Below are positions 52,658 through 62,383 of a DNA stretch of 64,000 nucleotides, one piece after another; positions within the stretch are counted from its first letter, which is position 1, and every line of letters begins with the position of its first letter. Where the stretch lies: the IMG/VR virus record IMGVR_UViG_3300042503_000838, positions 61,843 through 125,842 of that record; one strand, 5' to 3'. The translations under genes were made by a program, and so were the position numbers. The notes under the pieces are model-generated. The model was not told where the DNA came from. It did not search any database and was given only the letters and a program-made list of their open reading frames with translations. Source of the DNA: a virus.

Positions 52658-53257
52658 TTGTTAAAGTGTAAAAGGCAGCGGTGCGTCAACACCCTGCCCA
52701 CGGTAACCACTACTACTGGTCACATGGAAATCCTACCTGGTTTTAAGCTCTGCCGCAAGGGTTTGCACTTGTATGCCGCAGATAAAAAAAGATGTAATGA
52801 GTGTCGCAAGAACACTAAAAATACATGGAACAAAAATAACAAAGAAAAGCTAAAAAAATATAGGCAAAAATATTATAAAAACAACAAAGAGGCACTTTGT
52901 AAAATAAATAAAAAATGGAAGCAAAAGCACCGCAAACAGCATTGTATAACCTGCGCGGCTTGGCACAAAAACAACCCTGGTAAATCAAGGGCGCTTTATG
53001 CAAAGCAGCGTGCAGCCAAAAAGAAAGCAATTGCCCCTTGGGCAAACATGAATAAAATAAAAAAAATATATGAACAAGCAGTAAAGCTAACAAAAGAAAC
53101 AGGTGTCCAGCACCATGTAGACCATGTTTATCCGCTACAAAACAAATATATGTGTGGATTGCATGTAGAAACAAATCTTCAAATTTTAACCGCGCATGAA
53201 AATATTGCTAAAAGCAACAGAAGTTGGCCAGGGCAACTTGACTGTCAGAGAGGGTAG
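52658..53257 (+). CDS. HNH endonuclease (free-standing)
   Basis: [10 protein letters not shown]...[22 protein letters not shown]; very A-rich; start uncertain. Confidence 0.85.
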   Translation: MLKCKRQRCVNTLPTVTTTTGHMEILPGFKLCRKGLHLYAADKKRCNECRKNTKNTWNKNNKEKLKKYRQKYYKNNKEALCKINKKWKQKHRKQHCITCAAWHKNNPGKSRALYAKQRAAKKKAIAPWANMNKIKKIYEQAVKLTKETGVQHHVDHVYPLQNKYMCGLHVETNLQILTAHENIAKSNRSWPGQLDCQRG

Positions 53258-53346
53258 TCTCATGAGACTACCCAACTTTTAAATTTTTTTTGAAATGGAT
53301 TGGCTTAGGCCGTCTAGGATAAGAAGACACACAAGTCAAGCCTCCT

Positions 53347-53532
53347 ATGGAAATCCCGGTTTCCGTAGGCGAGTGGATGAACGCACTCCAAAATCGCATG
53401 ATGAATGCGATGGATGGGGATTGTTTTCTCTTGCCTACTTACATGCATCTTCATGCGTATACGTTGGTGAAGGACGCGGTATTTCCCGAGCGGGACTTTA
53501 AAGTGGAGATCAAGCAGCACACGGAAGCATGA
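53347..53532 (+). CDS. hypothetical protein
   Basis: 61-aa ORF coupled to the primase gene. Confidence 0.6.
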   Translation: MEIPVSVGEWMNALQNRMMNAMDGDCFLLPTYMHLHAYTLVKDAVFPERDFKVEIKQHTEA

Positions 53533-56150
53533 CGAGCAAACAACAATTAGCACTTAAACCCGGTGAGGTACGTTTTGACTACATCCCCAAGGATTGGCCG
53601 CTCACGCCGTTGGGTCCAAACAAAGACCCGTACGTCTCAAGTTGGCAGAACAAGCCGTTTGGCATTTCCGAGATCGAGGAAGAAATCATCGTTGGCGCAT
53701 GCAAAGCCATCGGTCTTCTCAGTGGTCCTGTCTACAACCTTCCTTATGGTTTGGTGTGGGTTGATGTTGATGGACCGAGTGTCTACAAGCTTATCGAAGA
53801 GCTGTCAGACCAACCCTTCGCGACTGCTCTGCCAGATACGCTGACCATTTGTAGTGGTAAAGAAGGACGCGAACGGAAGCTTTATCGGGTAGACCGGGAA
53901 AAGCATAAGCATTTCGTAAGGAACAAATACATTTGGCACGCAGAAGAAAATAAAGAAAAGCTTGAGGTCCTATGGCGTAAGCACCAAGGTGTTCTCATGG
54001 GGACTCACCCTGAGACTGATGGCTATTACACCAGTCCCAACCAAGGTTTCGAGTGGGTTGATTCCCTGCCTGAAATGCCTGATTGGTTAATGAATACCAT
54101 CATTAACAAAAATATCAAGCAGGGGGTTCCAGCAAAGGAGACCACTCGGATTGTCGGTAATGGTTTTGCGATCAACACTCAAATTGAGCTTGATCGTGAC
54201 ATGAAGCTGGCCAGGGAGGCAATGTGGGCCATGCCCCCCGAAGCAGCTGACGACTACGACATCTGGATCACCGTTGGGCAATCACTCCATTCCTTGGATG
54301 AATCTCTGCTTGATGAATGGGACGAATGGTCCAGGCAATCAGAAAAGTATAGGGAAGGTGAGTGCCACAGGCGTTGGCTTTCCTTTAGTCGTGGTGGTGG
54401 TCGGGGTGTTGGCTCCCTTGTTTACATTGCAAAGGAGAATGGTTGGCAGCCGCCCCAGGACCACAAGGTTCATGCCGTTGATGATGAGACACTAGAACAT
54501 GTGTCGAAACTGCTGGAAGAATTAGAAAACGGTCTTGATATGGCTCAGGCAACTGCGGTTGAAGCTCGCCCCCCGCTGGTGAAAAAGACAAAGCGTGTAC
54601 AGGAGGCAAGCTCAGAGGGAAAAGGAAAAGACCAAAAACCCAAAAACCCTTCATCGGACAAAATCACCGACATACTGCTCGACCTGTATAAAGGCAATTT
54701 GCTGTTTAGTCAACCGCACGGGCAATTTTTCTTGTATCAAAAGGATAAGAAGAAAGGACTGTGGTCGCCACTGACCAAGGTTGAAATGCTAGGGGACATC
54801 CGCAACAAGCTTAAAGACCTTGGCGATTACCTGCCCAAAGGGTTCAGCACGAACCTAATGAACGATATCTTCACGCAGCTACAGGCTTCGCTTGTGTTTG
54901 ATGATTGGTATGACGGTGGTCAACACCTGTTGTTCACCAATGGTGTATTGAATATTGATACACGTGAACTACTTCCGTTTAACAGGGAGCTTCACATCAC
55001 GCAACAAATGCCTTACGCCTACGATCCGGCGGCAGGTTGTGAAGAGATTGTTGCCTGGCTTAAGCACACTCAACATGGCAGTTGGGAACGCGCCCAGGTT
55101 CTACGTGCATGGTTGCGGGCCACACTCCTGGGTTGCTACGAGATCCAAAAGTTTATTGAGATTGTGGGCCCAGGTAAGTCTGGTAAATCCACCTATGCAA
55201 ACCTGGCCGTCGCACTGGTCGGTAAGCAGAACACCTACTCAACAGACTTTGAGAATCTGGAGAAGAACAGGTTTGAAGCGGCTAGTTACATGGGTAAAAA
55301 GCTGTTGCTGTTCCAGGATGCAGACCGTTGGGGTGGGTCCGTATCAAAACTGAAAGCCATCACTGGTAATGACTGGATTCGTTCTGAGCGCAAATACCAG
55401 ACTGAAAGTCAAGACCCCTTCCAATACCATGGGGTCGTGATGATTACCGCCAACGAGGCCATTCAGTCCACTGACTACACTTCTGGTCTTGCTCGTCGCC
55501 GTCTCACCATTCCGTTTGATCGTCCATTTGAAGGTGGGCAAGCAGAGCAAAAGGAACTGATCAAGTTCAATTCCAAAGGTGAGCCGGAGGGTGTGTTTGC
55601 TCCCTTGCTGCCAGGTTTGGTGAACTGGTTATTGGACATGTCAGCTGACGACATGCGTACCTACCTCATGGAGCCCAGCAAGAAAATCAACTTCTTTAAG
55701 AAGTATGAGAAGATGCAAAACATGAGGTCCAACCCGTTGCTTGATTGGATGGAGCACAAGGTTGTATTCGATCCAGGGGAGTCGTGTGCTGTTGGTTTTA
55801 CAAAGGTTTCTCCTGGTGGCGCAACAATGTACATGAACTGGAACTCGTGGCTGTATGCAAGCTACGCAGAATTCTGCCGTAGTTCGAATGTGGGCACAAT
55901 GTCCCGCAATCGTTTTGAGCCCTTGTTCATTGACATCTGCAGGCACCAGCTGAAGATCAATGTCTACAGCAACCGCAATACCAAAGGTGTTCGCGTATAC
56001 AACGTGTGCGTGCGCGAAAGCAACCAAAAATATGACGATTGGCCTTCCATTGTGGAAGTATCTGCAGAGCGGGATAAGTACAAAGAATTTTACGGAATGG
56101 CCCTAGATGCGCCTACCAATGAGACAATGGAGGTTGCTGAAGAAAGCTAG
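53529..56150 (+). CDS. primase-helicase (Prim-Pol N-terminus, PriCT-2, D5_N, SF3 helicase)
   Basis: VWVDVDG; YDIWITVGQSLH...WDEWS..SEKY; LLFTNGVLNI; Walker A GPGKSGKST; ITANE motif C. Confidence 0.9.
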   Translation: MTSKQQLALKPGEVRFDYIPKDWPLTPLGPNKDPYVSSWQNKPFGISEIEEEIIVGACKAIGLLSGPVYNLPYGLVWVDVDGPSVYKLIEELSDQPFATALPDTLTICSGKEGRERKLYRVDREKHKHFVRNKYIWHAEENKEKLEVLWRKHQGVLMGTHPETDGYYTSPNQGFEWVDSLPEMPDWLMNTIINKNIKQGVPAKETTRIVGNGFAINTQIELDRDMKLAREAMWAMPPEAADDYDIWITVGQSLHSLDESLLDEWDEWSRQSEKYREGECHRRWLSFSRGGGRGVGSLVYIAKENGWQPPQDHKVHAVDDETLEHVSKLLEELENGLDMAQATAVEARPPLVKKTKRVQEASSEGKGKDQKPKNPSSDKITDILLDLYKGNLLFSQPHGQFFLYQKDKKKGLWSPLTKVEMLGDIRNKLKDLGDYLPKGFSTNLMNDIFTQLQASLVFDDWYDGGQHLLFTNGVLNIDTRELLPFNRELHITQQMPYAYDPAAGCEEIVAWLKHTQHGSWERAQVLRAWLRATLLGCYEIQKFIEIVGPGKSGKSTYANLAVALVGKQNTYSTDFENLEKNRFEAASYMGKKLLLFQDADRWGGSVSKLKAITGNDWIRSERKYQTESQDPFQYHGVVMITANEAIQSTDYTSGLARRRLTIPFDRPFEGGQAEQKELIKFNSKGEPEGVFAPLLPGLVNWLLDMSADDMRTYLMEPSKKINFFKKYEKMQNMRSNPLLDWMEHKVVFDPGESCAVGFTKVSPGGATMYMNWNSWLYASYAEFCRSSNVGTMSRNRFEPLFIDICRHQLKINVYSNRNTKGVRVYNVCVRESNQKYDDWPSIVEVSAERDKYKEFYGMALDAPTNETMEVAEES

Positions 56151-56509
56151 TGAGTAATGGGCGGCACTTAATCCTGGATCTCTATGACTGTGATCCAGCG
56201 TTATTGGATGATTATGAGGAGCTTCAGCGTTTGCTTGAGGCTTCTCTTGTCTTAGCAAAAGCCAATATTCTGCGGATCATTGGTGAAAAATTTAAACCTC
56301 AAGGTGTGACGCTGCTTGCATTGCTGGCTGAGTCCCATGCAAGTATCCATACCTGGCCAGAGATTGGGTATGCAGCAATCGATTTATATACGTGTGGGGA
56401 TACAACGCAAACGCATCGAGCAGCTGAGTTTTTAAAGGCAAAGCTCAAAGCTAAAACAGCGGAAGAAAAAGAACTCGTGCGAGCAACAACTCCTTGCGCT
56501 TCTGTATAG
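56150..56509 (+). CDS. speD: S-adenosylmethionine decarboxylase proenzyme
   Basis: GRHLILDLY...LLAESHASIHTWPE.GYAAIDLYTCG with E-S autocleavage site. Confidence 0.93.
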   Translation: MSNGRHLILDLYDCDPALLDDYEELQRLLEASLVLAKANILRIIGEKFKPQGVTLLALLAESHASIHTWPEIGYAAIDLYTCGDTTQTHRAAEFLKAKLKAKTAEEKELVRATTPCASV

Positions 56510-56532
56510 TTGAGCAAGACGTTCTCTATTAA

Positions 56533-57816
56533 ATGACCAAGAAACCTAAACTGCTTTGGTCCGGTGACATCATCGCCAAGACCGGGTTTGCTCGTGTCAC
56601 GGAAAATGTGCTTGAGCGCATCTGTGAAGAGTATGAAGTTGTAGTGCTCGGCAATAACTGGTGGGGTGACCCGCATCCGCTCTGTGATAAGTACCTGATT
56701 TATCCCTCGTCCACTCGCCACCAGACCGCACCCTTTGGTGAGCAGCGCATTCGAGAGATTGTGGAGAAAGAGAAACCAGATCTCATCTTCATCATGAATG
56801 ATCTGTGGATTCTGAACGAGTTGTATCGTCAGATCCAGGACATCCACAAGACTGGGGCCTTCAAGTTTGTTGGTTACTACCCCATGGACAGCTACGGCTG
56901 GACTGGGTGCATCCTTGACACCATGAATGATTGGGATGCGTCCATCTGTTATACGGAATTTGGCGCAAAAGAAGTTGTGGCCGCTGGTTACCAGAAGCCC
57001 ATCGCTGTAATTCCTCACGGCGTCACCAAGGGTCAGTTCTATCCCATGGATAAGAGTGAGGCCCGTAAGCGTCTTGGTCTGTCGGATGACATCTTTGTGG
57101 TGTTCAACGGTAATCGCAACCAGTTCCGCAAACGGATCGACATTACGGTTGAGGCTTTTGCCAAGTTTGCAAAAGACAAACCGGATACACAACTGTATCT
57201 ACACATGGGACTCAAAGATCAAGGTTGGGACTTGATGCCGATGTTCGCCAGGGCAATGGGTCGGGAAGGGCTGGATCCCAATGGACGCATCATCCTTACT
57301 GCGCAATCTGAAGGGCCGCCGAATGTGGAGGTGGATTTCCTGAATGCGATCTACAACGCAGCTGATGTAGGCGTCAACACTTGCAAGGGTGAGGGCCACG
57401 GGTTGGTCAACCATGAGCATGCGGGTTGCCGTGTTGCTCAGGTGGTGCCTGACCATACCAGTACTAAAGAGATCTTTGAGGGTGCTGGTCGCCTGATCCG
57501 TTGTGACCACGTTGATGTGGATACGAACTACGCACGGGAAATGCCTTGCCCATCAGCTGATCACCTCGCCGAAATCTTGACGGATCTCTATGAGAACCGT
57601 GAGAAACTTGACGAGACTGCACGCCTCTGCTACGAGCGTGCCACCTCTCCCTACTATGACTGGGACAACATCGCACCTCAGTTTGCAGGGCTGTTCCAGG
57701 AGGTCCTAGAGGGCTCCTATGGGGATGCACACTCGACTCCCGTGGAAGCAAAGGAAAACAAGAAGGAGAAGAAAAAAGAAAAACGCAAGAAGCGTCTGGT
57801 AGGCGCAGTAGCCTGA
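56533..57816 (+). CDS. glycosyltransferase (GT-B fold, GT4-like)
   Basis: TGFARV; IPHGV...FYP; NRNQFRKRID; IYNAADVGVNT.KGEG.GL...EHA. Confidence 0.85.
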   Translation: MTKKPKLLWSGDIIAKTGFARVTENVLERICEEYEVVVLGNNWWGDPHPLCDKYLIYPSSTRHQTAPFGEQRIREIVEKEKPDLIFIMNDLWILNELYRQIQDIHKTGAFKFVGYYPMDSYGWTGCILDTMNDWDASICYTEFGAKEVVAAGYQKPIAVIPHGVTKGQFYPMDKSEARKRLGLSDDIFVVFNGNRNQFRKRIDITVEAFAKFAKDKPDTQLYLHMGLKDQGWDLMPMFARAMGREGLDPNGRIILTAQSEGPPNVEVDFLNAIYNAADVGVNTCKGEGHGLVNHEHAGCRVAQVVPDHTSTKEIFEGAGRLIRCDHVDVDTNYAREMPCPSADHLAEILTDLYENREKLDETARLCYERATSPYYDWDNIAPQFAGLFQEVLEGSYGDAHSTPVEAKENKKEKKKEKRKKRLVGAVA

Positions 57817-57830
57817 CCAGGGTGGAGATC

Positions 57831-57856
57831 AACCCTCGCTTCGGCGGGGGTTTTTT
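57831..57856 (+). terminator. intrinsic terminator
   Basis: AACCCTCGC-TTCG-GCGGGGGTT-TTTT. Confidence 0.9.
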
Positions 57857-57904
57857 ATTGGCAAAAAACGGTCAGGTGGGGGCCAGGGGGGACTTTGGGC
57901 GCAA

Positions 57905-58201
57905 TTTCCGACTTTACCTAGTTTTTTATTCTTATATAAGCTGCAATACACTTTCCAATACACTTTGCCCAACAATGTATGGATTCGTCACCCCGTCTCA
58001 AGCGTGTCTTATAAAGAGACTACGTGGCGGTTGGGACGCGGGGTGCGGGGAGCCAACAAGAGGAGCAGTTGTCTCACTTGAGTCTCAATAAAAACAAATC
58101 CGTACACTGTTCAGAACAATGTATTGGTTTATGTATGGATTTGTGTATTGAACAATGTATTGCAGCTTATATAAGAATTAAAATACTGGTATAGTCGGAA
58201 A
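57905..58201. repeat. large inverted repeat with iteron-like TGTATTG units; candidate replication origin
   Basis: Perfect 22-bp IR at 57929-57950 / 58156-58177 inside about 60-bp imperfect arms. Confidence 0.75.
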
Positions 58202-58277
58202 ACACAACCAAAGTCAGCCCTAACGGTGTTTAGTCGACTATTCCAGTGCTACGATCCCTTGGTACCACTGCCTTACC

Positions 58278-58647
58278 AATGGCCCGTTCCTACAAGGAGC
58301 TACTTCCCCTCTGGTACCTACAGACCAAACTCAAGCTTTCCGACCTCTATCCCAGCGGTTTGGAATGGGTTGAGACCACTGGCTGGCACACGGCGGGGGA
58401 GATGGCTGGCAAGTTGATCACGCCAGGGAACTACTACTTGGTACGCATGAACGGCGACCAGTTCCACGCGCATCGTCTGGTGTACTTCCTACGCACAGGC
58501 GAAGACCCTGGCAGTAGGGATGTCGTCTACGCCAAGACCAATCCTGAGCGAGACAACCGAAAAGAGCTGGTACTGCACCAGCGAAAAACCCCAACCCCAC
58601 CCCGTCGCCGCAACGCTCCCCGTGTACAACGAAACATTGATGGCTAA
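58278..58647 (+). CDS. degenerate HNH_3-like protein
   Basis: YYLVRMNGDQFHAHRLVYFL, but the expected DH..NxxDN site reads VVYAKTNPERDN. Confidence 0.6.
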
Positions 58648-59323
58648 TTACAAATCTCAACTTGAGACAATTGAATCCAAAAACAACTTCAGGTTCATCC
58701 AAGACATCGACAGCCTTTCCAGTGAAGAGCTTGAAGGGCACGGCTACTACAAGGGATTTCCCTGCGTCCACAACCACACCATCAGAGACAAGGAACTGCA
58801 CTGGTGCTATCACTGCGTCTTGAAAATCAAAAGCAACATCTGTGGTTTTGACGTTAACTACTTGGATGCGTCCTACAAACACAAGTGTGTTGCCCTATGG
58901 AACAAGATAGGGATTGGTTCGTTTGAAGACTGCTGGGAAATAAAAGGTGATACAGGCCGGACCCCTAAACGGCTGGCGTTTCCCTCTTATCGCACTGCTT
59001 TTTCAGCAAATCGTTCCGAGAATGTCACTGTCCATAAGATCGCCTATCAATGTGCATGGGGCGATATCGGTGCAATGGTGGTCACGCGTGTGTGCCAGAA
59101 CAAAGCCTGCTGTAACCCACTGCACTTAATCTCTTCTTGGAATAGGGTCTACCCACCAAGCAAGGTTTATCCCTTTGAGGTTGAGTTTAAAGCAGAGAAG
59201 CTGATGCAATATGCCAGGGCACGCAAGGAGATAGATCCACGAGTCTTAGCTGAGTCTCAGTATAAGAATACGATTGAACACCCCTTGGCCGTAAACGGAC
59301 CACCCGATTATGACGAGGGGTAA
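58640..59323 (+). CDS. HNH-like protein with zinc-binding loop
   Basis: VHKIAY...VVTRVCQNKACCNPLHL; likely start ATG 58640. Confidence 0.6.
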   Translation: MANYKSQLETIESKNNFRFIQDIDSLSSEELEGHGYYKGFPCVHNHTIRDKELHWCYHCVLKIKSNICGFDVNYLDASYKHKCVALWNKIGIGSFEDCWEIKGDTGRTPKRLAFPSYRTAFSANRSENVTVHKIAYQCAWGDIGAMVVTRVCQNKACCNPLHLISSWNRVYPPSKVYPFEVEFKAEKLMQYARARKEIDPRVLAESQYKNTIEHPLAVNGPPDYDEG

Positions 59324-59365
59324 ATTCCCCGCAAGTACAATAAAGAAAAGGAATTATACCAAATA

Positions 59366-60112
59366 ATGACGCGTAATCAGTCAACTCAACGCCAACGGAC
59401 TGCTCAAGATCCGTTGTTGATTGGGTCGTTTGCAGAAACGTCAATTCGTTATTTGACGGGAACATTGGGCCCGTTGAACCAGGTAGTTGGGCGCTCGGAT
59501 ACTGCACAATATTCCAATGGTGGCTTTGGCGGCGGTACTTACAACCATTGGTTCAAGGTAAAACTTGAGGCACCTGCGTGGATCATTATTACAAAAGGAC
59601 CGCCGCGTCCCAAATACATTCAGGTTTCGCCTTTTGATTTAAATCGGAATCCAATTGAAGGGCGTAGCATATTTGATGCTGACAGCGTATCGGTATCTAC
59701 AGACGGCGAATTGTTTTACCCCTACGTTGGGCACGTCATGAATGCCCAATCAGACTTGTACAACCTTTACGACCCACGACGCTTAGATAAAGGTGACGAC
59801 CGTTACTATCCCCTGGAAATCGGCGAATACCTTTTGTGTGTATCAAGCACTCGAAATGAGCGCATTGAGTATGCCGTCGCTATTGTTATAGAAGTTGCGG
59901 ATCCAACACCAGTTTTACTTCTGGAAGACTACAGTCGATTACTCTATGAAGATACTGAAGAAAGTTTTGTCCTTATGGACACAACGCCAAATTATACCGG
60001 CGCTGAAGATCATGAACACTCCTTGACTGAGTGGAAAACCGCTTGGCGAAGAGAACGTCAAGATTACGTACCCTTCCCTGAAGTACTCGTTCCTTTGACA
60101 ACAAAACCATGA
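59366..60112 (+). CDS. hypothetical protein
   Basis: 248-aa ORF with A-rich leader. Confidence 0.6.
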   Translation: MTRNQSTQRQRTAQDPLLIGSFAETSIRYLTGTLGPLNQVVGRSDTAQYSNGGFGGGTYNHWFKVKLEAPAWIIITKGPPRPKYIQVSPFDLNRNPIEGRSIFDADSVSVSTDGELFYPYVGHVMNAQSDLYNLYDPRRLDKGDDRYYPLEIGEYLLCVSSTRNERIEYAVAIVIEVADPTPVLLLEDYSRLLYEDTEESFVLMDTTPNYTGAEDHEHSLTEWKTAWRRERQDYVPFPEVLVPLTTKP

Positions 60113-60246
60113 CGCACTTTTATAGCTGGATTAAAAACTTATTTGCAAGGCCCAAGAAAAAAACGGCAAAGAAACAAAAAACAAACTTTGAAGTTTACTG
60201 CGAACTAAACCCTTGGGCGCCAGAATGTCGTGTCTATGAAGACTGA
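60109..60246 (+). CDS. cp12: CP12 C-terminal-domain micro-protein (45 aa)
   Basis: Ends FEVYCELNPWAPECRVYED (Cys-x8-Cys CP12 C-terminal motif); lacks the N-terminal Cys pair and AWD_VEEL. Confidence 0.7.
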   Translation: MTHFYSWIKNLFARPKKKTAKKQKTNFEVYCELNPWAPECRVYED

Positions 60247-60252
60247 TGAGCA

Positions 60253-60693
60253 GTGATGCAATCAAGGCAACGACGGATCAAAAAGACTGGGACGATTTTT
60301 TTGCCGCAGGGTATGATTTTAAAACTGCGGTTGATCCCTTGGATTCGTACGCAGAACGGGTGCGTTTGGCTTGCGAGCTTAGCGGTAAGCAAATCAAAAA
60401 GACAAATCAACGACTGGATGAACCAAAGAAAAAAACGTACAGTCCGCCGATTGAGTTCGAATTTGACAGGTAAGCTTGGTCCCAAGACCCAGGCTTTGGC
60501 TATTCGTCAGGTGCGTCAATGGATAATTGAGCTGCCACCAGGGGATTCTATTTGTTTGAAGTGTGAATCAGCACGGCCAGACAAACAGTTTCATGTATGG
60601 AAAAAATGGTTTATGCGCCATGAGGATAGTAAATGGGAAGCCTCAGACGAGCACAAGTCTTTTTTCTTTTACAAATCAATGCTCGTAGAATAA
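60253..60693 (+). CDS. hypothetical protein
   Basis: 146-aa Trp/Arg-rich ORF. Confidence 0.6.
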   Translation: MMQSRQRRIKKTGTIFLPQGMILKLRLIPWIRTQNGCVWLASLAVSKSKRQINDWMNQRKKRTVRRLSSNLTGKLGPKTQALAIRQVRQWIIELPPGDSICLKCESARPDKQFHVWKKWFMRHEDSKWEASDEHKSFFFYKSMLVE

Positions 60694-60711
60694 AAGAAAC
60701 AAGATAAAACC

Positions 60712-60876
60712 ATGGAGCACCTTAACAAGTACCTCGAAGTAGCACTTGCCATTCACGCGGCATGCTCTGCTATCTGTGCCCTGACTCCGACCCCTAAAGA
60801 TAATCGGATTGTCCGCAAAATCTACAGATTGATTGAGATTGGTGGCCTGGTGATTGGGCGCGCTAAGCAACGCTGA
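60712..60876 (+). CDS. small phage protein (54 aa, possibly holin-like)
   Basis: ALTPTPKDN...KIYRLIE..GLVIGRAKQ read by eye; TAGAAT upstream. Confidence 0.6.
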   Translation: MEHLNKYLEVALAIHAACSAICALTPTPKDNRIVRKIYRLIEIGGLVIGRAKQR

Positions 60877-61038
60877 TCAATCAGGTAACACCTGACTCCA
60901 GAACACAACACCATCGTTGTCTTCTACCCATTTTCTAGTTGCGTAAGCCTCTTCTTTACTGAGGGTTGCGCACTTTTTTTCGTCGCCAACTTCCCAGCAA
61001 AGATTGACGCGAATCTTTAAATCTTTATTACGTTTCAC
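60877..61038 (-). CDS. small hypothetical protein (53 aa)
   Basis: VKRNKDLKIRVNLCWEVGDEKKCATL... read by eye. Confidence 0.55.
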   Translation of the reverse strand: MKRNKDLKIRVNLCWEVGDEKKCATLSKEEAYATRKWVEDNDGVVFWSQVLPD

Positions 61039-62147
61039 TTTGATACGGTAATTGCCCAGCCCGTATTTTTGCCGTCACATTCCCAACGGCGCAGCCAATT
61101 TTTCTTGCTGTACTTAACACCTTTGCCACGCGCAGCAGAATTGCTGACGTACCCACCATTTAGCATATCTGCTTTACCATTTGGATCGTTGTGGACAAAA
61201 GTGTCTGACGTAAAACCAATGCAGCAAGTCCAGTGGCCACCACCCGTGGGATAGTTAATGCTTCCCTGGTGCAGCCAACCAACAGCTACCGGCCTGCCGT
61301 TGCGAATTTCATTTTCTAATAAAGCGGAATTACCGTTGGTGATAAAAGTTGCCTTGAGCCCCAAGGAACGCAGTGCTGCAAGCTGAGCATCTTTATTGGT
61401 TGTATCTCCGTACTTTGCGCGAATTTTGTTGTACTCGTCATCTGATTTAACTAAGCCGTAATAGGCCGCAATCATTGCGCAGCTCGAGGAAAAACACTCG
61501 CGATAACCAGTTCCCGATACGTTATCAAGTTGATAAAAATAAGGGACCGACAGTATTTTGGACGTTGTTACATCTTTTGCCTCGACCCCAGGGGTACCAA
61601 GCTGCCGATCCATGATCTGAATTAACTTGGTGCTGTAGCCTGGATCAGTAGCATAATTTTCAGTAACCAATAACTGGGCACAGTTATTCCTACTAGTGGC
61701 TCTGTTCACGCCTTTGTATGTACCGTAGTCTTTGTACCAGCGATCAACTAAGTAGCAAGTACATGTATATAGATCTGGAAAATCAATAAACCCAGCTTTG
61801 ATTGTTATCCATTGATCATTGATAAATTCTCGAGTATTTACTGTCGTGCCAGACCCCTTGAGACCATAGTAATTATGCGCACCTGATGTATTTTTTCCCC
61901 AGTTTGACTCAAGGGCCCACTGCGCGGCTACGCATTCTGGGTATTTTGCCCCAGCGTCTTTACCTGCTTTTAATACACCTTCCCAGGTATTGGGATATTC
62001 CTTGGTAGCTCCGGGGGATTCTCTGTATCTTGAAGCAAAACCAGAGCGCTGCTCTTCCGTCAACTTGGAGTCAAGCCATGCCCAAGCATCAACTTGATGT
62101 TTGAACCGTTTGTCATAGATAACAGCATTGTTCAGTGTTAGGTCCAT
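61035..62147 (-). CDS. endolysin: GH73 glucosaminidase plus C39-like cysteine peptidase
   Basis: AAQWALES.WG, NYYGLKG, YATDP.Y; then ECFSSSCAM...GHW...HNDP. Confidence 0.82.
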   Translation of the reverse strand: MDLTLNNAVIYDKRFKHQVDAWAWLDSKLTEEQRSGFASRYRESPGATKEYPNTWEGVLKAGKDAGAKYPECVAAQWALESNWGKNTSGAHNYYGLKGSGTTVNTREFINDQWITIKAGFIDFPDLYTCTCYLVDRWYKDYGTYKGVNRATSRNNCAQLLVTENYATDPGYSTKLIQIMDRQLGTPGVEAKDVTTSKILSVPYFYQLDNVSGTGYRECFSSSCAMIAAYYGLVKSDDEYNKIRAKYGDTTNKDAQLAALRSLGLKATFITNGNSALLENEIRNGRPVAVGWLHQGSINYPTGGGHWTCCIGFTSDTFVHNDPNGKADMLNGGYVSNSAARGKGVKYSKKNWLRRWECDGKNTGWAITVSK

Positions 62148-62380
62148 TAGCTTAAACCAAACAATTCTTTCAGTTCCGCCACACTCAGCCCAGCCGCCTC
62201 GAGCTTCTGCTCAGTGGTCAGCTCAAGCACGGGCTCGGGCTCAGGGGCAGGCTCGGGGGTGTTGCCCTCATCGAGCCAGCGCAGGTATGCCTGGTAGTCG
62301 GTGTTGGCAGGGTCGGGCGGGATGCAGGCGTTGTCCGCGAGACGGATAATACAGTTGGAGGCAGTAAGTTGGTAAATCAT
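62147..62380 (-). CDS. tail-fibre-associated small protein
   Basis: IPPDPANTDYQAYLRWL..GNTPEPA pattern common beside tail fibres. Confidence 0.65.
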   Translation of the reverse strand: MIYQLTASNCIIRLADNACIPPDPANTDYQAYLRWLDEGNTPEPAPEPEPVLELTTEQKLEAAGLSVAELKELFGLS

Positions 62381-62383
62381 TGG

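Noticed and set aside
56299-57192. 297-aa minus-strand ORF antisense to speD and the glycosyltransferase
   Set aside because: Antisense shadow of two well-supported genes
58520-58639. 5' extension of ORF 58520..59323 given by the track
   Set aside because: Overlaps the upstream gene; ATG 58640 overlapping the upstream stop is the more plausible start
60246-60473. 75-aa ORF overlapping 60253..60693 in another frame
   Set aside because: It has TGATG coupling but no recognisable features; cannot be distinguished from a chance ORF without homologs
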